Source: Myxococcota bacterium
GTDB taxonomy: Bacteria; Myxococcota_A; Polyangia; JAAYKL01
Assembly: GCA_030065855.1 (NCBI GenBank)
Contig: JASJCT010000034.1
Coordinates: forward strand, 852 to 64,851
DNA length: 64,000 bases
Direction of reading: 5' to 3'
Position 1 is the stretch's first letter, and the number at the start of each line of letters is the position of its first letter. The notes under the pieces were generated by a model that ran no database searches, was not told the origin of the DNA, and was given only the letters and a program-made list of their open reading frames with translations. A program made the position numbers and the translations under genes. Below are positions 60,672 through 64,000 of this stretch, piece after piece.

Positions 60672-60846
60672 TATGGTATGTCAAGCGTATTTGTCGGGTG
60701 AAGATAACAAATTCCCCCTTGAAAAAGGGGGTTAGGGGGATTTTGTCATATCGCAATGCCAGAGGAAATGACGAAATCCCCCCATCCCCCTTTGCCAAAG
60801 GGGGAGGACCTTTGCTCGCCATTATTGACTGGACAGAGTACTAGCA
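60672..60846. repeat. palindromic MITE-like element, copy 3
   Basis: gtcaagcgtatttgtcgggtgaagataacaaattcccccttgaaaaagggggttagggggatttt, a 28-nt spacer (itself gtcat...atgac), then gaaatccccccatccccctttgccaaagggggagga...gtactagc. It fills the SBP-permease intergenic gap and ends 2-3 nt before ATG 60849. Confidence 0.75.
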
Positions 60847-60848
60847 CC

Positions 60849-62294
60849 ATGACCGCATATGTCCTCAAACGGCTGCTGGCTATGGTACCGACGTTCTTCG
60901 CGATATCCCTTGTTTTGTTCGTCATCATCAATGTGGTACCAGGTGAGCCTGGCAAAGGCGCGTTGCATGAGGGATCTATGGGCAACCCGTCTGCTGAAAA
61001 CAGTGCGCATTGGCGCTTTTTTAAGGCCCAGTTCCACCTCGACAAGCCCATTCTTTTCAATACCCGCTTTCTCATCACACGCGAAGACGTTGAAGCGGCG
61101 CTGCACACGTGGCTCGATAAGAGCGGCCGTATCCCCCGGGTAAAACGCCAGGCCGCGCACCGATGGATGGAGGATGCGGGATATCATACGGTTCCCCATT
61201 TGCTCGCCATTGCCCAGTCCACCAAAGACCCCGATTTGCGGTACGCAGCTGTGCAGCTGTTGTCAGAAACCGCACAGCAGCAGCTTAAATACGACTATGG
61301 CGGATCCCTGAGCAAGACAGACCGCGCGTGGAACAAAGCTGTCCTTGAGGAAAACAAACAGCTCAGCCAGATGGTGTACGAACCAGATGCGACGCATGCC
61401 GAGCAACAACGCGTCATTGCCGCGTGGCAGGCATGGTTTGACGGGGTCCAAGAAGAGCGGTGCACAGGCGGATTTGGCCGTCATGTGGCCCAATTCTTTT
61501 TTGAGACGCGCTTTGCCAAGTACTGGTGGCGACTCATGCGCTTGGACTTTGGCGTCTCCCATTTGGACCAACAGCCCGTGCTCCCAAAGATCCTTTCGAA
61601 GCTCAAATATTCGGTTACCCTGGCAGTGCCGTCGTTGGGCATGGCCTATGTGCTGGCAATTGTGCTGGGCATTGTCTGCGCTGTAAAACAGCACCGCCCA
61701 GTAGACAGGGCCATCTCGACCACCCTGTTTTTGTTGTACTCGGTGCCCAGCTTCTTTGCTGCAACCCTTCTGCTGCTGTTCTTTTCAACGGGATCGGATT
61801 ATTGGCATTGGTTCCCAACAGGCGGGTGGCAAAGCGATACCAATGACCAGCTCACGACCATGGGCAAGATCGGAGATGTGATCTGGCACCTGGTGCTGCC
61901 CATGACGTGCATGACCTATGGCGCCCTGGCCATCCTATCGCGCTACATGCGAAACGGGATGCTCGATGTGCTCGATTCAGATTACATTCGCGCGGCTCGG
62001 GCCAAGGGGGTGCCTGAATTTCAGATCATCACCCGGCACGCCCTTAAAAAGGGCATGCTACCCATCGTCACCCTGCTCGGCACTGTGCTGCCCGCGCTCA
62101 TCGGCGGCTCGGTCATCATCGAGGTGATCTTCAACCTACCTGGGGTGGGCCTGCTCACCTATGAGGCGATCGCAAATCGCGACTACAACACCGTGCTGGC
62201 AGTAGAGCTCATTGCAGCAGTGATGACGATGGTGGGCATCCTCATCGCAGATATTGTCACCGCAGCCATTGACCCCAGGGTAACGCTCAAATGA
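60849..62294 (+). CDS. ABC peptide-type permease (OppB/DppB-like) with a large insertion after TM1
   Basis: Start MTAYVLKRLLAMVPTFFAISLVLFVIINVVPGEP (canonical OppB N-terminus). The upstream ORF-track extension is repeat-encoded. The C-terminal half has a typical BPD_transp_1 core (SDYIRAARAKG). Confidence 0.85.
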   Translation: MTAYVLKRLLAMVPTFFAISLVLFVIINVVPGEPGKGALHEGSMGNPSAENSAHWRFFKAQFHLDKPILFNTRFLITREDVEAALHTWLDKSGRIPRVKRQAAHRWMEDAGYHTVPHLLAIAQSTKDPDLRYAAVQLLSETAQQQLKYDYGGSLSKTDRAWNKAVLEENKQLSQMVYEPDATHAEQQRVIAAWQAWFDGVQEERCTGGFGRHVAQFFFETRFAKYWWRLMRLDFGVSHLDQQPVLPKILSKLKYSVTLAVPSLGMAYVLAIVLGIVCAVKQHRPVDRAISTTLFLLYSVPSFFAATLLLLFFSTGSDYWHWFPTGGWQSDTNDQLTTMGKIGDVIWHLVLPMTCMTYGALAILSRYMRNGMLDVLDSDYIRAARAKGVPEFQIITRHALKKGMLPIVTLLGTVLPALIGGSVIIEVIFNLPGVGLLTYEAIANRDYNTVLAVELIAAVMTMVGILIADIVTAAIDPRVTLK

Positions 62295-63553
62295 ATCCCC
62301 CTAAAACCAGTGCTGTGACGCGGATCGGTCTCCATCAGGCCTCTGGATCCCCTGTTTGGCGTCGGATCGCAATGCATTGGCAAGCCCGGGTGGGCCTCAT
62401 CATCATCAGTAGCATTGTGGGCATTGCGGTATACGCCCCCCTGATTTCCCTCGACAAGCCGTTTTGGTTCCGGCCCCCGCCATCCATACCCTATGAACCA
62501 GGCGCCCTGGCGTTTCCGTTTTTTGCCGCGCTGTTTGACACGCGCTTTTTTGAAAATGGCATTGACTTCTTTTTCAATACCTTACTGGTGCTCTCCCCCC
62601 TCTTTGGTATCGCCTATCTGATTGCTCGCCTGGTCTTAAGGGCTGGGTGGCCTCGCATACGCATGCGATTCTTCCTCGCGATCTCTGCTGTCCAGGTCGG
62701 CCTCTTTATCTGGATCTGGACCCATCCCTTGAGCCTGCCAGCCTATGACTACAAAACCGCCATTGCTGCCTACATTGCCGACGGCCAAACGCCGAGCTAT
62801 CTGTTTCCTGTTTTCCCCTATTCATTTCGCGAGGTGGACGTGACCGCAAGCCACCCCCAAGGCGTATCTCAGCACCATCCCTTGGGCACGGATCGACTGG
62901 GCCGGGATGTGCTGACCCGAATGGTGTACGGCACGCGCGTCTCCCTTGGCGTAGGCGTGATGTCTGTTGGCATTTACGTCCTTATCGGTGTGTTTTTAGG
63001 CGCCCTCAGCGGCTACATGGGCGGTAAGGTCGATATGTTGCTATCCCGCTTCATCGAGGTGATGCTCTGTTTTCCCGTCTTTTTTCTCATTTTGACCATT
63101 ACTGCGTTTGTCGAGCAGCGTTCTATTTTTCACGTGGTTCTCATCATCGGTCTTACAAACTGGACCGGCGTGGCCCGCCTGGTGCGGGGGGAGTTCCTGC
63201 ACCAGCGGAACTTGGACTACGTGCAAGCTGCCATTGCCCTGGGCTACAGCAAGGCGCGGATCATATTCGTGGAGATGCTTCCCAATGCAATGACACCCGT
63301 ACTGGTAACGGCCAGCTTTGGCATTGCCGGTGCGATCCTCTACGAATCAGGGTTGGCATTTCTCGGACTTGGAGACGTGACAGCGCCCTCCTGGGGCAGT
63401 ATCCTGGCAGGTGGGCGATTTGAGTTCAAGCCGTGGCTGATCCTCTCCCCTGGGATCGCTATTTTCATCGTGGTCGCTGCGTTCAATCTCCTGGGCGAGG
63501 CATTGCGAGATGCACTGGATCCCAAGGGCAAGGCGCGCACTGGAACGAGATAA
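62291..63553 (+). CDS. ABC peptide-type permease (OppC/DppC-like) with extended N-terminal region
   Basis: 4-nt overlap with the upstream permease. HPLGTDRLGRDVLTRMVYGTRVSL and YVQAAIALGYSKARIIFVEMLPN are OppC hallmarks. About 190 aa precede them, including extra hydrophobic segments. Confidence 0.85.
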   Translation: MNPPKTSAVTRIGLHQASGSPVWRRIAMHWQARVGLIIISSIVGIAVYAPLISLDKPFWFRPPPSIPYEPGALAFPFFAALFDTRFFENGIDFFFNTLLVLSPLFGIAYLIARLVLRAGWPRIRMRFFLAISAVQVGLFIWIWTHPLSLPAYDYKTAIAAYIADGQTPSYLFPVFPYSFREVDVTASHPQGVSQHHPLGTDRLGRDVLTRMVYGTRVSLGVGVMSVGIYVLIGVFLGALSGYMGGKVDMLLSRFIEVMLCFPVFFLILTITAFVEQRSIFHVVLIIGLTNWTGVARLVRGEFLHQRNLDYVQAAIALGYSKARIIFVEMLPNAMTPVLVTASFGIAGAILYESGLAFLGLGDVTAPSWGSILAGGRFEFKPWLILSPGIAIFIVVAAFNLLGEALRDALDPKGKARTGTR

Positions 63554-63569
63554 CCCTCACGGAGAGACC

Positions 63570-64000
63570 ATGAAAAAGTTCATCATGCTGATTATCGTCC
63601 TGACCATCACCGCATTGCTGGCCTACCTGCTGTTCTGGCCGGTTCCCATTGACCCAGTGGCCTGGCAGGCACCCCAGGCACCAGCCCTTGCAGGCCGGTA
63701 TGCGATCAACGACACCCTCGCCACGGTCAACTGGTTAGCTGTGGATCAAGGCGTCGGCCCAGAGGATGTGGCCATTGATGGGCTCGGTCGGCTTTACGTG
63801 GGGTACGAGGATGGCCGTTTGGTTCGGTTTGACCCAAACGGAGAAAATCCAGCTGTGCTGGCCAATACGGGCGGGCGCCCCCTGGGCCTGGATTTCGATC
63901 TCAACGGCAACCTGATCATTGCCGATGGCTACAAGGGCCTGCTGCAACTGTCCATGGATGGAGAACTGACCGTACTGAGCACACAAGCCAATGGCCTGTC
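63570..64000 (+). CDS. partial CDS: membrane-anchored strictosidine-synthase/SGL (SMP-30-gluconolactonase)-like beta-propeller protein
   Basis: ATG 63570 (GGAGAG upstream). My translation is MKKFIMLIIVLTITALLAYLLFWPVPIDPVAW...GPEDVAIDGLGRLYVGYEDGRLVRFDPNG...GGRPLGLDFDLNGNLIIADGYKGLL. It stays open to the window end and is not in the ORF track. Confidence 0.6.
   Translation, partial: MKKFIMLIIVLTITALLAYLLFWPVPIDPVAWQAPQAPALAGRYAINDTLATVNWLAVDQGVGPEDVAIDGLGRLYVGYEDGRLVRFDPNGENPAVLANTGGRPLGLDFDLNGNLIIADGYKGLLQLSMDGELTVLSTQANGL

Overview
This is a 64-kb bacterial chromosomal window. Single-line GC spot counts give roughly 55-60% for the backbone. Gene content looks like a Myxococcota or delta-proteobacterium-like environmental organism: a GltJ/AgmX-type ZnR-GYF-TonB_C protein, many secreted proteins with Asp-rich repeats, and an RCC1-repeat protein. 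I cannot identify the organism from the sequence.

Layout:
- 0-3.1 kb: conserved rpsF-rpsR-rplI-dnaB block.
- 3.3-11.3 kb: HtrA protease, a membrane-anchored GspE/PilB-like ATPase and zinc-ribbon membrane proteins.
- 11.3-30.9 kb: compositionally mosaic accessory stretch punctuated by IS remnants. It holds a minus-strand string of two BNR-propeller/beta-barrel paralogues, a BtuF-like/CbiZ fusion and a lipoprotein. It also holds a compact RiPP-like cassette (88-aa precursor candidate, two radical-SAM/SPASM enzymes, a B12-binding radical SAM enzyme), a Tat-signal tailspike-like protein with an S74 chaperone domain, and an M28 peptidase bracketed by a repeat carrying an HUH-transposase remnant.
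- 31-47.8 kb: SdpR/SdpI-like pair, S33 hydrolase, ABC-2 exporter, a TetR-controlled MMPL/LolA-like/OMP operon, GntR, MazEF, a Thr-type sulfatase-like protein and an RCC1 protein.
- 47.8-64 kb: large SpoIIE phosphatase sensor, an ECF sigma/anti-sigma operon, a decayed IS630 plus DUF559 gene inside long inverted repeats, GT2, a ParE-type TA pair and an Opp/Dpp-like SBP with two permeases.

The best candidate for an undescribed system is the three-radical-SAM RiPP-like cassette at 19.9-23.8 kb, possibly linked to the adjacent corrinoid-related operon. A second structural result is a ~175-bp palindromic MITE-like family with three copies, one holding the IS630 remnant and the DUF559 gene. No rRNA, tRNA or CRISPR array was seen. 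All family calls rest on motifs read by eye, with no database search.
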